Sequence record: PZ386974.1
DNA: 64,000 nucleotides
Source: a phage
Strand: one strand, 5' to 3'
A program made the translations under genes and the position numbers. The notes under the pieces are model-generated. The model ran no database searches and was not told the origin of the DNA. It saw only the letters and a list, made by a program, of their open reading frames with translations. Positions 47,784 to 57,018 of the stretch are shown in pieces (the stretch's first letter is position 1; each line of letters starts with the position of its first letter).

Positions 47784-48053
47784 CTATCGGAGCAAACAAT
47801 AAGCCTGAAACACTTTTTCCATTAAACGTTTGAACTCATGGATATCGATATAAAACTCAGTAAGACCGGCATTATAAAGAAAATCTAAAAAGTTATCATG
47901 TGTTTCGTTATAGTCGCCTTCGTTTAATTGAGATACATGAGTTTCCCAAAAACCAACACCTTTAACGAATGGAAAATACGTGACTTTCATGAAGTTATCG
48001 ACGTAAAATTCGCCCAGCTTTTCTTCAGTTATACTGATTCGAGTTAATTTCAT
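47784..48053 (-). CDS. hypothetical protein (89 aa)
   Basis: ATG; ATGA-coupled. Confidence 0.45.
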   Translation of the reverse strand: MKLTRISITEEKLGEFYVDNFMKVTYFPFVKGVGFWETHVSQLNEGDYNETHDNFLDFLYNAGLTEFYIDIHEFKRLMEKVFQAYCLLR

Positions 48054-48277
48054 TTTAGTTCCTTTGCTGCTTCAAGAGCAGCATCCAGCGAATCAAATTG
48101 GTCAACGAAATCAATATTCAACGCATCGTCAACCGTAGCATATAACCACCATTGTTTGAATTCATATTCTAGGATAAATCCAGGCCCTTCAATCTGAGGA
48201 AGACCTAGACTATTTGTACCAACTTCGTAACCAGCTAGACGCAGGTCATTAATCAAAGTTTCTGTTAATACGCTCAT
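48050..48277 (-). CDS. hypothetical acidic protein (75 aa)
   Basis: ATG; ATGA-coupled. Confidence 0.45.
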   Translation of the reverse strand: MSVLTETLINDLRLAGYEVGTNSLGLPQIEGPGFILEYEFKQWWLYATVDDALNIDFVDQFDSLDAALEAAKELK

Positions 48278-48606
48278 TTTACCGCCTTAACAATTTTAAG
48301 GTCAACGAATTTTTTCTTACGTTGATTTTTCATACGACGGATAGTCTTTTCAGAGATTTCATGTTTCTGATAAGCTTTAGATTCAACACCAAATGCAGCA
48401 ACGTCAAATTCAGAAAGAATATATTGTACTAGAATTTCACGAATAGAATTACGTCCAATTTTCTGGTCGTGTTTTTGCATGATTTCGTAAAGACGGAATT
48501 CCCATGCGTCAAGAACTTGAGGAGTAACAATATTGCCAGATTCCAGAAGAGCAACAACTTTATCGAAAGCGAAAGAATTAACTACGTTTTTGATTTTAGT
48601 AGACAT
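48274..48606 (-). CDS. hypothetical protein (110 aa)
   Basis: Track ATG at 48645 lies inside promoter -10; ATG at 48606 has GAGGAA SD. Confidence 0.45.
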   Translation of the reverse strand: MSTKIKNVVNSFAFDKVVALLESGNIVTPQVLDAWEFRLYEIMQKHDQKIGRNSIREILVQYILSEFDVAAFGVESKAYQKHEISEKTIRRMKNQRKKKFVDLKIVKAVK

Positions 48607-48643
48607 ATTATTTTCCTCGGTTATTTTATTATCCAACGAGAGC

Positions 48644-48672
48644 ATTATACTCTGCTCCCAAGAGTCTGTACA
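48644..48672 (-). promoter_or_regulatory. early-type promoter variant (TGTACA-N17-TATAAT) with IR GAGAGCA/TGCTCTC
   Basis: Upstream of 110-aa ORF. Confidence 0.45.
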
Positions 48673-48912
48673 CTATTTTTTAAGCATGAAAAGTAAGTAA
48701 TTTGTATCACGTGGAGTAATATCAACACCCATATCAAAGATGCCTTTATAGATCGGGTATTTGTTTTCGGTTGTATCGAAGCTGAAACTATTTCCATCAC
48801 AACTAACAGTAATAGCATCTGTTAAAATGTCATACTCAATCCTAACAATTGAATCCCCAATTTTAACGTCGAGGTGTTTTTTGAATTTGATAAAATCTAA
48901 TTCTTGGGCCAT
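48673..48912 (-). CDS. hypothetical protein (79 aa)
   Basis: ATG; own promoter. Confidence 0.45.
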   Translation of the reverse strand: MAQELDFIKFKKHLDVKIGDSIVRIEYDILTDAITVSCDGNSFSFDTTENKYPIYKGIFDMGVDITPRDTNYLLFMLKK

Positions 48913-48943
48913 GATATTTTCCTCATTTTAAGACGATAGGAAG

Positions 48944-48972
48944 ATAATAACATGTCTTCCTATCGTTGTACA
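48944..48972 (-). promoter_or_regulatory. early-type promoter variant with IR GATAGGAAGA/TCTTCCTATC around -10
   Basis: Upstream of 79-aa ORF. Confidence 0.4.
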
Positions 48973-48975
48973 TTA

Positions 48976-49176
48976 TTAACCGAACTTTTTAGCGCCTTTC
49001 CAGCCTTCGTACATAACTGCACAAGTCAGTAGTACAGCGTGCTGGCATTCTTTGTATTTGTAAATCCAGAACCAGCGTAAGAAGTCTTCATCCTCAACGC
49101 CGTTGAGTTTCATATTGGCAAAGAATTCGGCACGTTCTTCACGAAGCTTTTGCGATAACATAGATTCAGGATTCAT
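48976..49176 (-). CDS. hypothetical protein (66 aa)
   Basis: ATG start. Confidence 0.4.
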   Translation of the reverse strand: MNPESMLSQKLREERAEFFANMKLNGVEDEDFLRWFWIYKYKECQHAVLLTCAVMYEGWKGAKKFG

Positions 49177-49307
49177 TTTGTGTTCCAGGCCCCATTTTCA
49201 TCGATGAACTTAATCCAGTCATTTACAGACCATTTAGTTGTATCACCCTTTGGATTAACATTTAAAGTATATAATCCCTGCTTAAAAAGCATTCGTTTGA
49301 TATTCAT
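49173..49307 (-). CDS. hypothetical small protein (44 aa)
   Basis: Track ORF 49173..49400 overlaps next gene by 86 nt; ATG at 49307 has GAGGAA SD. Confidence 0.3.
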   Translation of the reverse strand: MNIKRMLFKQGLYTLNVNPKGDTTKWSVNDWIKFIDENGAWNTK

Positions 49308-49314
49308 AATTTCC

Positions 49315-49608
49315 TCAACTGTAACGATAACATTCGTTAGCTTTACGTTTGGCTTCAGTATGAGAAGTATTATAATCATAATCTTCTTTACTGTAAACAT
49401 CTTTTTTCAACTTACGAACTTCTTTGCGGAGTTGTCGATTCATTTCATTCTTGACTTCAGAATCAACGCCTTTCATACGTTTCCATTTATCTGAGCGGAA
49501 AATGTTTTCAACCATGTCTTTGTGGCTAACACCGTCAGGAGCTTTACGCTTACCAAAATAGTCGTAATCGCGAACTTTCAAATCTTTACGACGATATGTT
49601 TTACCCAT
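49315..49608 (-). CDS. hypothetical basic protein (97 aa)
   Basis: Track start is TTG; ATG at 49608 with GAGGT SD. Confidence 0.4.
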   Translation of the reverse strand: MGKTYRRKDLKVRDYDYFGKRKAPDGVSHKDMVENIFRSDKWKRMKGVDSEVKNEMNRQLRKEVRKLKKDVYSKEDYDYNTSHTEAKRKANECYRYS

Positions 49609-49615
49609 AAGTACC

Positions 49616-49864
49616 TCAGAGGTTGATCGATACAACGCGTTTGATAAAATTCACTTCACTTACTGAAAGGTCTTTAAGACCGATTGATTCTAAACGCTGA
49701 GTAAGCGTCAACATCGGGATATAATCCCATTGAGTTTTATTTGCTTGATAAGTACGAACGCCATTAGCAATTTCAACATGCAAATCGGAAATGGTAATGA
49801 ATACCGGATGCTCGTCATTAACTTTAAGGGTTAGAACAACCTTCTTTGAATCTAAACTAATCAT
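49616..49864 (-). CDS. hypothetical protein (82 aa)
   Basis: ATG; ATGA-coupled. Confidence 0.45.
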   Translation of the reverse strand: MISLDSKKVVLTLKVNDEHPVFITISDLHVEIANGVRTYQANKTQWDYIPMLTLTQRLESIGLKDLSVSEVNFIKRVVSINL

Positions 49865-50043
49865 GGCTTAATTTCCTTCGCAATTGAACAGAAGATACTA
49901 CGGTCACAAAGCATTTCACCAATTTCTGGATATTTGATTGAACGGTACCAAACATCCAGGCTTGAAACTCTGGTTATCTGTACTGCATTACCGTTGACAG
50001 AATAGTACTGGTCAACCTTAATTTCTTTATCTTCAATTGTCAT
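49861..50043 (-). CDS. hypothetical protein (60 aa)
   Basis: Track start is GTG with junk-like extension; ATG at 50043 with AGAGGAA SD. Confidence 0.4.
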   Translation of the reverse strand: MTIEDKEIKVDQYYSVNGNAVQITRVSSLDVWYRSIKYPEIGEMLCDRSIFCSIAKEIKP

Positions 50044-50209
50044 TTTGTTTTCCTCTGTGGTAGATGGTGCTAATCTTAACATATCTATCGAGGATGTAAA
50101 CTGTTTTATGAAAATATTTTTGATTTGAGAGGGGCACAAGGAGATAATGAAGTGAAGATTCCAATGGATTATATTAGAAATGAGATAAAGAAGACCAGGC
50201 GGCACCTGG

Positions 50210-50533
50210 TCAATCTTCTATGATATCAGAGTCATATCCTAATGAAATCAAGGACTTTTTAAACTCTGCAATATTCTTTTGTTTCTTATCATTTAAAAAT
50301 ATGACAGGATAACGAATATTAAGTGAAGTGAATCCTGCACGTTTAGCAAGAGATACGATTAAAGGACGGTCATATTCAATCTTACCATTATTAGTGAGGA
50401 CTTTATAAAATGTATAAGGAGCATTGAGCTCCTTTAAAAGTTTTGTAACAGTATAACATCCTGGACAACGTCCTACTTCTTCAGGGATGCCATAGATTTC
50501 AATCTTGTTCTTTAAGTTCGAGTTTTGTTCCAC
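50210..50533 (-). CDS. nrdH: NrdH-like glutaredoxin (107 aa)
   Basis: CPGC redox motif; position between nrdG and 55; start set to GTG at 50533 after AAGGAA SD (track extension is hydrophobic low-complexity). Confidence 0.5.
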   Translation of the reverse strand: MEQNSNLKNKIEIYGIPEEVGRCPGCYTVTKLLKELNAPYTFYKVLTNNGKIEYDRPLIVSLAKRAGFTSLNIRYPVIFLNDKKQKNIAEFKKSLISLGYDSDIIED

Positions 50534-50817
50534 GAGAAATAATTCCTTGGTAAGCCCAATAAGGAGGATTAACAGAATCCTCGCCAGAGTTTTCTTCAGG
50601 AAAATAAACCTGGATAACAAATCCAGACTCATCAAAGGTAAAATAAACCGTAGGCAGTTCACCTAACAATTCGACACGAGCATTAATTTCTTCTAGATCT
50701 CGTTCACGTCCAGCCCAAAAAACTAGGATTTAGACTACATTCATAGAAATAATAGTCATTACCGAACATATCAAAACCTTTCCAACTCTCTACCACATAC
50801 CGCTCAAAACTAATCAT
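50499..50817 (-). pseudogene. ORF interrupted by a +1 frame change at a T6 run (programmed frameshift, pseudogene or sequencing error)
   Basis: ATG at 50817 opens 37 codons then TGA at 50706-50704; +1 frame is open from 50729 to stop at 50501-50499; frames overlap at minus-strand TTTTTT (plus 50717-50722). Confidence 0.3.
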
Positions 50818-50819
50818 AA

Positions 50820-51035
50820 TTAAGCCTTTTTATCAAGAACAGAATTCAGTTTATTAGTAATTTTGTCCAAACGTTCATTGAATTCGCTGGAGGATAAACC
50901 CTTTTCTGGAGAAATTAAACTAATCACGAAAAATACACCAGTAAAAGGAATAAGAAAAATAGCTCCAACTGCCATAAACAAAAAGAACGTTACAGTTGTA
51001 AGAAAATCAGCTAAACCTTTACGAAATTTATACAT
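50820..51035 (-). CDS. small membrane protein (71 aa)
   Basis: ATG; hydrophobic segments. Confidence 0.45.
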   Translation of the reverse strand: MYKFRKGLADFLTTVTFFLFMAVGAIFLIPFTGVFFVISLISPEKGLSSSEFNERLDKITNKLNSVLDKKA

Positions 51036-51145
51036 ATTTACCCTTAATTAACTAAGCATTGATAATCATTAAACTATATTGCGAATAAAATTCTGGGCCA
51101 AAACGAAAAATCATATCATTTATAGTATCCATAATATAATTCAAT

Positions 51146-51616
51146 TTAATCATGTTTCCACACCCCATCGGTATTTGACCAAAGTCGCTGATTATCTGAT
51201 CCTCGCCACAGCTTTTTAGTCGGAAGATTTTTCTCATACTTCCCATCAATAATAACATCAACATATTTAAGCATTTCTAGTTGTTTAATATCTTCAAACT
51301 TATATCCTGTCCACAACCAAATGCTTTTATTGGGATAAAGATTTTTTACTGTTTGAACAATGCGATGAATAACATCTCGGTTATCAGGATAGAGAGGGTC
51401 TCCTCCGGTTATAGTTAATCCTTCTATATAATCATTATTCAAACATTCAATTAATTGTTCTAGTGTCTCTCCAGTGAATGGAACACCGTTTCTAGCATTC
51501 CATGTTGATTTATTATAACACCCTTCGCATTTATGCAAACAACCTGTGACGAAAAGAACGACCCTGCAACCAGGGCCATTCACAAAATCGCAAGGATAAA
51601 ATCTATCATAATTCAT
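51146..51616 (-). CDS. nrdG: anaerobic ribonucleotide reductase activating protein (radical SAM)
   Basis: 156 aa; N-terminal CDFVNGPGCRVVLFVTGCLHKCEGC; ATGA-coupled to nrdD. Confidence 0.85.
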   Translation of the reverse strand: MNYDRFYPCDFVNGPGCRVVLFVTGCLHKCEGCYNKSTWNARNGVPFTGETLEQLIECLNNDYIEGLTITGGDPLYPDNRDVIHRIVQTVKNLYPNKSIWLWTGYKFEDIKQLEMLKYVDVIIDGKYEKNLPTKKLWRGSDNQRLWSNTDGVWKHD

Positions 51617-53430
51617 TGGTGTTTAACCCTATGCATGATTTCTTTATTTTTGCCTAGATTAAATCCGCGTTCGTTCGGGTTTCCAAGATAACCACACGTT
51701 CTTCTTATTGTGTTCATCTTTTTAGGATCAGTTTCTCCACAAATAGAACAAACAAATCCGTTTTCAGTAGGAGTCATTTCATGGGTACTTCCACACGTAA
51801 AACATTTATCTACTGGCATATTAACACCAAAATAATCTAAATGTTGTGCAGCATAATCCCAGACAGCCTCAAGTCCCTTTAAATTGTTTTTCATATCTGG
51901 AAGTTCAACATAAGAAATGTGACCACCTGACGCAATGAAATGATATGGCGCTTCACGAGAAATCTTTTCAAACGGAGTAATATTTTCTTCTACTGAAACA
52001 TGGAAACTATTAGTGTACCAGCCTTTATCAGTGACATCCTTTACACTTCCATATTTTTCCGTGTCGAGTTTACAGAAACGATAACACAAGTTTTCAGCAG
52101 GAGTAGAATACAAGCTAAAAGCAAAACCGGTTCTTTCGGTCCACTGTTTAAGATGAGTATTCATTTTAGTTAAAATTTCTTGTCCAATATCACGACCGAC
52201 AAGAATATTCAATTCGTGAATACCAATGTATCCTAGGGACACTGAACTTCTACCGTTTTTAAATAACTCAATTATATCGTCATCAGGTTTAAGACGGACC
52301 CCGAATGCACCTTCTTGGTAAAGAATAGGAGCAACAGTCGCTTTAACCCCTTTTAAGGAACTAATTCTACACATCAAAGCTTCAAAACACAAATCCATTC
52401 GTTCATCGAACAATTCGGCAAATTTCTGTTCATTGAACTGTGTTCCAATATAAGAATCTAATGCGATACGAGGAAGATTCAGTGTTACAACACCGAGATT
52501 ATTACGTCCATCAAGAATTTCATTACCGGTCGAATCTTTCCATACGCTCAAGAAACTACGGCAACCCATTGGAGAAACAGGAACTGAAGAACCGGTAATA
52601 GCTTTATTATTCTTAACCGAAATAATATCAGGATACATTCTTTTGCTTGCGCACTCTAGAGCAAGCTGCTTAATATCATAGTTCGGATCATCTTTATAAA
52701 GATTAACACCTTCTTCAACAAACATAACAAGCTTAGGGAAAATAGGAGTTATTCCATCACGACCAAGACCTTTAATGCGGTTTTTAAGAATTGCCTTCTG
52801 AATCATTCGTTCAGTCCAATCGGTTCCCGTACCAAATGTAATTGTTACAAAAGGCGTTTGTCCGTTTGAACTAAAGAGAGTATTTACTTCATATTCATAA
52901 GCTTGGAATGCGTCATAGACATCTTTTTCTGTTTTGGATTGAGCATAATTCAACGCATCAGCGATTTGCCATTTTTCTGCATCTTCAATATGTTTTGCAT
53001 AGGTGCGTTTAACATAAGGAGAAAGTACTTTATCTACATTAGCAAAAGTCGTTCCGCCATACTGGTGAGAAGCAACTTGTGCGGTAATTTGTGCCATAAT
53101 TGCAGTAGCAACGCCAATAGATTTAGGCGTTTCAATTTGAGCATTGCCTAATTTAAATCCATTCTCAAGCATCCCATTTAAATCGACTAAACAGCAATTA
53201 GTAAATGGAAGAGCAGGAGAATAATCAATATCATGCATGTGAATGATTCCGCTTTCATGCGCATTCATAATAAAAGACGGGACCATATTTTTGGCAATGT
53301 GCTTAGACACAATACCAGCCATAAGGTCCCGTTGAGTTGGAAAAACACGAGAATCTTTATTAGCATTCTCGTTTAAAAGGTCTTTATTAGTTTTATGAAT
53401 TAATCCTTCAATTTCTTTTTCAATTTTCAT
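51613..53430 (-). CDS. nrdD: anaerobic ribonucleoside-triphosphate reductase, intact
   Basis: 605 aa; C-terminal zinc ribbon and glycyl-radical region (RTCGYLGNP); single uninterrupted ORF. Confidence 0.9.
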   Translation of the reverse strand: MKIEKEIEGLIHKTNKDLLNENANKDSRVFPTQRDLMAGIVSKHIAKNMVPSFIMNAHESGIIHMHDIDYSPALPFTNCCLVDLNGMLENGFKLGNAQIETPKSIGVATAIMAQITAQVASHQYGGTTFANVDKVLSPYVKRTYAKHIEDAEKWQIADALNYAQSKTEKDVYDAFQAYEYEVNTLFSSNGQTPFVTITFGTGTDWTERMIQKAILKNRIKGLGRDGITPIFPKLVMFVEEGVNLYKDDPNYDIKQLALECASKRMYPDIISVKNNKAITGSSVPVSPMGCRSFLSVWKDSTGNEILDGRNNLGVVTLNLPRIALDSYIGTQFNEQKFAELFDERMDLCFEALMCRISSLKGVKATVAPILYQEGAFGVRLKPDDDIIELFKNGRSSVSLGYIGIHELNILVGRDIGQEILTKMNTHLKQWTERTGFAFSLYSTPAENLCYRFCKLDTEKYGSVKDVTDKGWYTNSFHVSVEENITPFEKISREAPYHFIASGGHISYVELPDMKNNLKGLEAVWDYAAQHLDYFGVNMPVDKCFTCGSTHEMTPTENGFVCSICGETDPKKMNTIRRTCGYLGNPNERGFNLGKNKEIMHRVKHQ

Positions 53431-53900
53431 TTTAAACTCTTTCTAAGCTGCTTTTTGAATGAAGCTATTAATTGTGTTTTAGTGTCAGATTCATTATATT
53501 TAAATCCTCTTTGAAGCATCTCAGTCATCATTTCCTCTTTACCTAGTCTTGAGAACTCTTTAGTTTTGTCTGGAACAAAATTAGGATGGATATTATTATC
53601 AGAATAATCTTGTTTCAAATAAGCAAGAAGAGCTTCAAGCCATTCGAGGTAATCAACGTTTTGACCTTTAAGACCAGAACGGTTGAACTTATGCTTCATT
53701 TGACCTTCTGCTGCGTTGCACAGGTTACATAGTAAACCACGAACCTTACCTGCTTTTGGCCCGTTTAATTCATGGTCGTGGTCAAGATGGTTACCTTGAA
53801 CATCAGGGTCTAATTCACGGTGGCAAATAGGACACTTACCGTTCTGTGCATCATAAAATTTTTGTTTTTCTTCTTTATATTTTGCGCCTGATAATAACAT
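53427..53900 (-). CDS. 49: endonuclease VII (Holliday junction resolvase)
   Basis: 157 aa; CPICHRELD...H-N-H-like motifs; length equals T4 gp49. Confidence 0.85.
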   Translation of the reverse strand: MLLSGAKYKEEKQKFYDAQNGKCPICHRELDPDVQGNHLDHDHELNGPKAGKVRGLLCNLCNAAEGQMKHKFNRSGLKGQNVDYLEWLEALLAYLKQDYSDNNIHPNFVPDKTKEFSRLGKEEMMTEMLQRGFKYNESDTKTQLIASFKKQLRKSLK

Positions 53901-53935
53901 GATAAACCCTTACCTTAAATAGATAAGGGTATTTA

Positions 53936-54349
53936 TTAACTTAAACGTCTTTCTAAATATTCAATGTATTCTGCGGCTGCTTGCATCAGGTTACCTTCAT
54001 AGCCGTCGTTATTTTCTTGTCCGGCTAATTTAGCTAATGCATAAGAAATTCGTTCACCTTCGAATTCACCAAGTCCGCCATCACAAACTTCTTGGTCAAT
54101 TTCTTCGAGTTCATCTATTGAATGGGATTCCCAGAAGCACCAAAGAGAAGTATCACGGTCATAGATGCAAAGTTTCTCACCTGTGTTCAACATCACTTCG
54201 ATAATGCCATGGTCGCCATAACCATCTTCGGTAGTAGTACCAATTACCTTGATGATTGTTCCTTTCTTTAATTCAGGAAACTTGACTTGTAGTTCTTCAT
54301 CTTCTTTAACAATCTTGAACCATTTACCGCGAGTTTCAGAAATATTCAT
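53936..54349 (-). CDS. hypothetical acidic protein (137 aa)
   Basis: Track start extended through hydrophobic junk; ATG at 54349. Confidence 0.45.
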   Translation of the reverse strand: MNISETRGKWFKIVKEDEELQVKFPELKKGTIIKVIGTTTEDGYGDHGIIEVMLNTGEKLCIYDRDTSLWCFWESHSIDELEEIDQEVCDGGLGEFEGERISYALAKLAGQENNDGYEGNLMQAAAEYIEYLERRLS

Positions 54350-54350
54350 A

Positions 54351-54521
54351 TCAATATTCTCTATAAAAGTTACGATGAGAACGTTTAGCTTTGCGAAGCT
54401 GACGTTTAGTAGGACGAACTGTAAATGGTTGTCCAGAGAAAAAATTCGGATCGGTTTTAATAAGCAAATACCAATCATGCTTGCCATTTTTTAATAAACG
54501 GTACAATAATTTAACTTGCAT
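54351..54521 (-). CDS. hypothetical basic protein (56 aa)
   Basis: Track start is TTG; ATG at 54521 with GGAAGAG SD. Confidence 0.3.
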   Translation of the reverse strand: MQVKLLYRLLKNGKHDWYLLIKTDPNFFSGQPFTVRPTKRQLRKAKRSHRNFYREY

Positions 54522-54822
54522 AATAATCTCTTCCCATTTCCATATCAATTAATTCATTTATTGAAGGTTCATCATAACACGTTTCTTCGTCGTTGTAAAA
54601 TGTTTCGACGTCTGGCTCGACCGTCTCCCATCGAGCCGAATACCACGGTTTAACCGCGGAGCTTATTGAGCTCTTCATAATCAATCCAGGATTCTAGTCC
54701 GGATGGTAAAGCCGATTCAATTTCCCAAAGAAGCTCTTCAATTTTTTGAAGACGATCTAATTCTTCAACAGGAATAGTAACCATTGATGGAGCTCTTGCT
54801 GCACTAATATCGTAAATCATAT

Positions 54823-55038
54823 TTACCCCAGTTTAACCATGCAATCGCCGTATTTCCATTTAGAAATAGACTTTTCGCCATTAGAATAATAAACTTCGAG
54901 TTTAGCACGATTATTTTTAATTTGAATAACCTTGGCTGTCATCAAAGTTCCATACCCATAGTAAACTGCAACTTCATCACCTACATACACCGCGTTTCCA
55001 CGGTAGTCATGGATATAATCAGTTCCTTTAAGCATCAT
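54823..55038 (-). CDS. hypothetical protein (71 aa)
   Basis: ATG; ATGA-coupled to nrdC. Confidence 0.45.
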   Translation of the reverse strand: MMLKGTDYIHDYRGNAVYVGDEVAVYYGYGTLMTAKVIQIKNNRAKLEVYYSNGEKSISKWKYGDCMVKLG

Positions 55039-55298
55039 TTAAAATATTCCCGCAGTTGATCAAATCCACCGATCGAAGTTCCATCAGGAGCAAACACCTG
55101 AGGCATCGTCAACCCAACATGTGTTTCACGTCCTAGTTTATTCAGAAGCTCGTCAATTTTTTCTTCATCAAATACACCTTTCTCTGGCATCACGTTAATG
55201 AATTCGAACGGCTGTTTCTTAACAGTCAGCAATCGTTTCGCATTATCACAATAAATGCATTTATGAATAGTAGAGTCATACCCGTACACTTTAAACAT
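55035..55298 (-). CDS. nrdC: glutaredoxin/thioredoxin NrdC
   Basis: Start set to ATG at 55298 (MFKVYGYDSTIHKCIYCDNAKRLL...) giving 87 aa as recalled T4 NrdC; AAAGGA SD. Confidence 0.85.
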   Translation of the reverse strand: MFKVYGYDSTIHKCIYCDNAKRLLTVKKQPFEFINVMPEKGVFDEEKIDELLNKLGRETHVGLTMPQVFAPDGTSIGGFDQLREYFK

Positions 55299-55704
55299 TA
55301 TTTTTCCTTTCATCAATTAAATATGCAATGCCAAATACAATACATGTAATAAAACCTGTGATACAGATAGAAACCAACAACACTGTACCAAAGAACCAAA
55401 TCAAGTTATCTTTAGTAGTTTGTTTGATATCCATCTCACGAATTTCTATAGCTATCGTATCACCTTTATTCAGAAGCGTATAAAACGATGGCGATACACG
55501 CCTGTCAAAAACTCGTCCTTGCTCATCTTTATAGACGGCAATAAATTCTAATTTAGAATATTTTCCTGTAGATTGACCTGAGATTAGCTCTACTACCTCC
55601 ACAGGAATTACTTTAGTTTCCATGTAAGTATTCTGGCTGTTCCAAATGAACGGGATGATGGCAAAAACTAAAGCTGCAATAAAACAACGAAGACTATATC
55701 TCAT
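55291..55704 (-). CDS. membrane protein (137 aa, two hydrophobic segments)
   Basis: ATG; TAATG-coupled. Confidence 0.5.
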   Translation of the reverse strand: MRYSLRCFIAALVFAIIPFIWNSQNTYMETKVIPVEVVELISGQSTGKYSKLEFIAVYKDEQGRVFDRRVSPSFYTLLNKGDTIAIEIREMDIKQTTKDNLIWFFGTVLLVSICITGFITCIVFGIAYLIDERKNNV

Positions 55705-56009
55705 TATAATGTTCTCTCAAATTTGTGGAAGCATTTACGGCATTTCAATTTCAAGTTATCACTGGTCCAGTTAACCAGTTGGACTTGGATAGTTCCACAT
55801 TCTGGGCATGGGTGTTTTGCTGCCGATTTGGCAGCATTTTCACGTCGTTCAACCATTTTCATTATTTCGTTCCATGCTGGAGGAACGAACTCTTCTTCAC
55901 CATGAATTTTATCTCGCTGAACAAATTCAATCTTTGAACTATCATCAATAAACTTAACTAAGCCATGATTAGTGCTCATATCAATATCCTCTAGAAGACG
56001 TAGGTTCAT
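55704..56009 (-). CDS. zinc-ribbon protein (101 aa)
   Basis: CPECG...CRKC pairs; TAATG-coupled. Confidence 0.5.
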   Translation of the reverse strand: MNLRLLEDIDMSTNHGLVKFIDDSSKIEFVQRDKIHGEEEFVPPAWNEIMKMVERRENAAKSAAKHPCPECGTIQVQLVNWTSDNLKLKCRKCFHKFERTL

Positions 56010-56956
56010 TATAACACCTCAATGGCATTTCGTAAACCATCCGCTTTCGCGTTCAGAGCTTTTAACGATTTAGTCTGTTCTTTAATCTGGGCTTCGACTT
56101 CTTTAAGACGAGATTTGAGATATTCACGTTCTTCGCTCAAGTTGTCAACTTTTTCTACTTTAGGTTCTTTAATAGTCTTAAGTTTATACTCGTTAGGGTT
56201 CTTCAACTTAATTTGAATGCGAGAACTGAATAACATCGAACCGTTATCTTCGGTTTCGTCATACATTTCTACTACGTCCATGATTCTTAACATCATGCGA
56301 AGTTTATAAGACAGCGAACGAACGGTTTTATTGTGCTTCTTAATTTCTTCAGCTTTCATGGTGCCGAGATTACGTGAGTAGTAATAAGGAACCTGGATAT
56401 CAATTGACAATGATGCGTTACCATTACCTGTTGGTTTGAATACTGCAGTAACCCAATCTTTAACATGAACTTTATTTGTACGATCATCGCCACCAGTGAA
56501 TAATTTACGAGAATGTTTAAAAAGCATATTCACTTGGTTATTGAATTCACAAGCAAATTTATCAGCAAATTTAGTTTCAGGAATGGTAGATAACCAATCA
56601 GCCAAATGAGTCTTTTTAACATCATTAACAATAGTGAATTCAACCAAATCGGTTTTAGATGTCACAGATTTAATAAAGCTCGGCTTCATAAAGTTTTTAA
56701 TGTTATCGCGAGCTACAGTAGAAGATAATAAACGAGAACGTTTGAACCATTGAAGCAGCGTCCCTAATGAATGAGAATATGCATTTTGAGTATCTTTACA
56801 GATATGATTTTCTTGGCCTGTGTATGTAAGAAAATCACGAAGAATACTATAAACCACACCTTTATGTGGAACATCAGTCCAAGCACCAGTAGCACGTTGA
56901 GCGTGAGCGTTAGCGATAAGACCGGCAAAGTATTCAATGTAATGTGAACGTGTCAT
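56009..56956 (-). CDS. hypothetical protein with C-terminal coiled coil (315 aa)
   Basis: ATG; own promoter cassette. Confidence 0.5.
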   Translation of the reverse strand: MTRSHYIEYFAGLIANAHAQRATGAWTDVPHKGVVYSILRDFLTYTGQENHICKDTQNAYSHSLGTLLQWFKRSRLLSSTVARDNIKNFMKPSFIKSVTSKTDLVEFTIVNDVKKTHLADWLSTIPETKFADKFACEFNNQVNMLFKHSRKLFTGGDDRTNKVHVKDWVTAVFKPTGNGNASLSIDIQVPYYYSRNLGTMKAEEIKKHNKTVRSLSYKLRMMLRIMDVVEMYDETEDNGSMLFSSRIQIKLKNPNEYKLKTIKEPKVEKVDNLSEEREYLKSRLKEVEAQIKEQTKSLKALNAKADGLRNAIEVL

Positions 56957-56984
56957 AATATTTTCCTCTCGTTAAGATAAATTC

Positions 56985-57014
56985 ATTATACTCCAACCAT
57001 CCTTGGTTGTAAAC
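56985..57014 (-). promoter_or_regulatory. early-type promoter cassette (GTTTAC-N18-TATAAT), spacer hairpin
   Basis: 30 bp identical to 15481..15510; upstream of 315-aa ORF. Confidence 0.5.
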
Positions 57015-57018
57015 TGAT

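Noticed and set aside
50534-50662. N-terminal extension of the nrdH ORF (track start at 50662)
   Set aside because: GTG-initiated extension is hydrophobic low-complexity and is the alternate frame of the upstream ORF; start moved to GTG at 50533 after AAGGAA
51052-51264. 70-aa ORF overlapping the 3' end of nrdG
   Set aside because: About 120 nt overlap with nrdG in a different frame; no Shine-Dalgarno motif; the non-overlapping remainder would be about 26 aa
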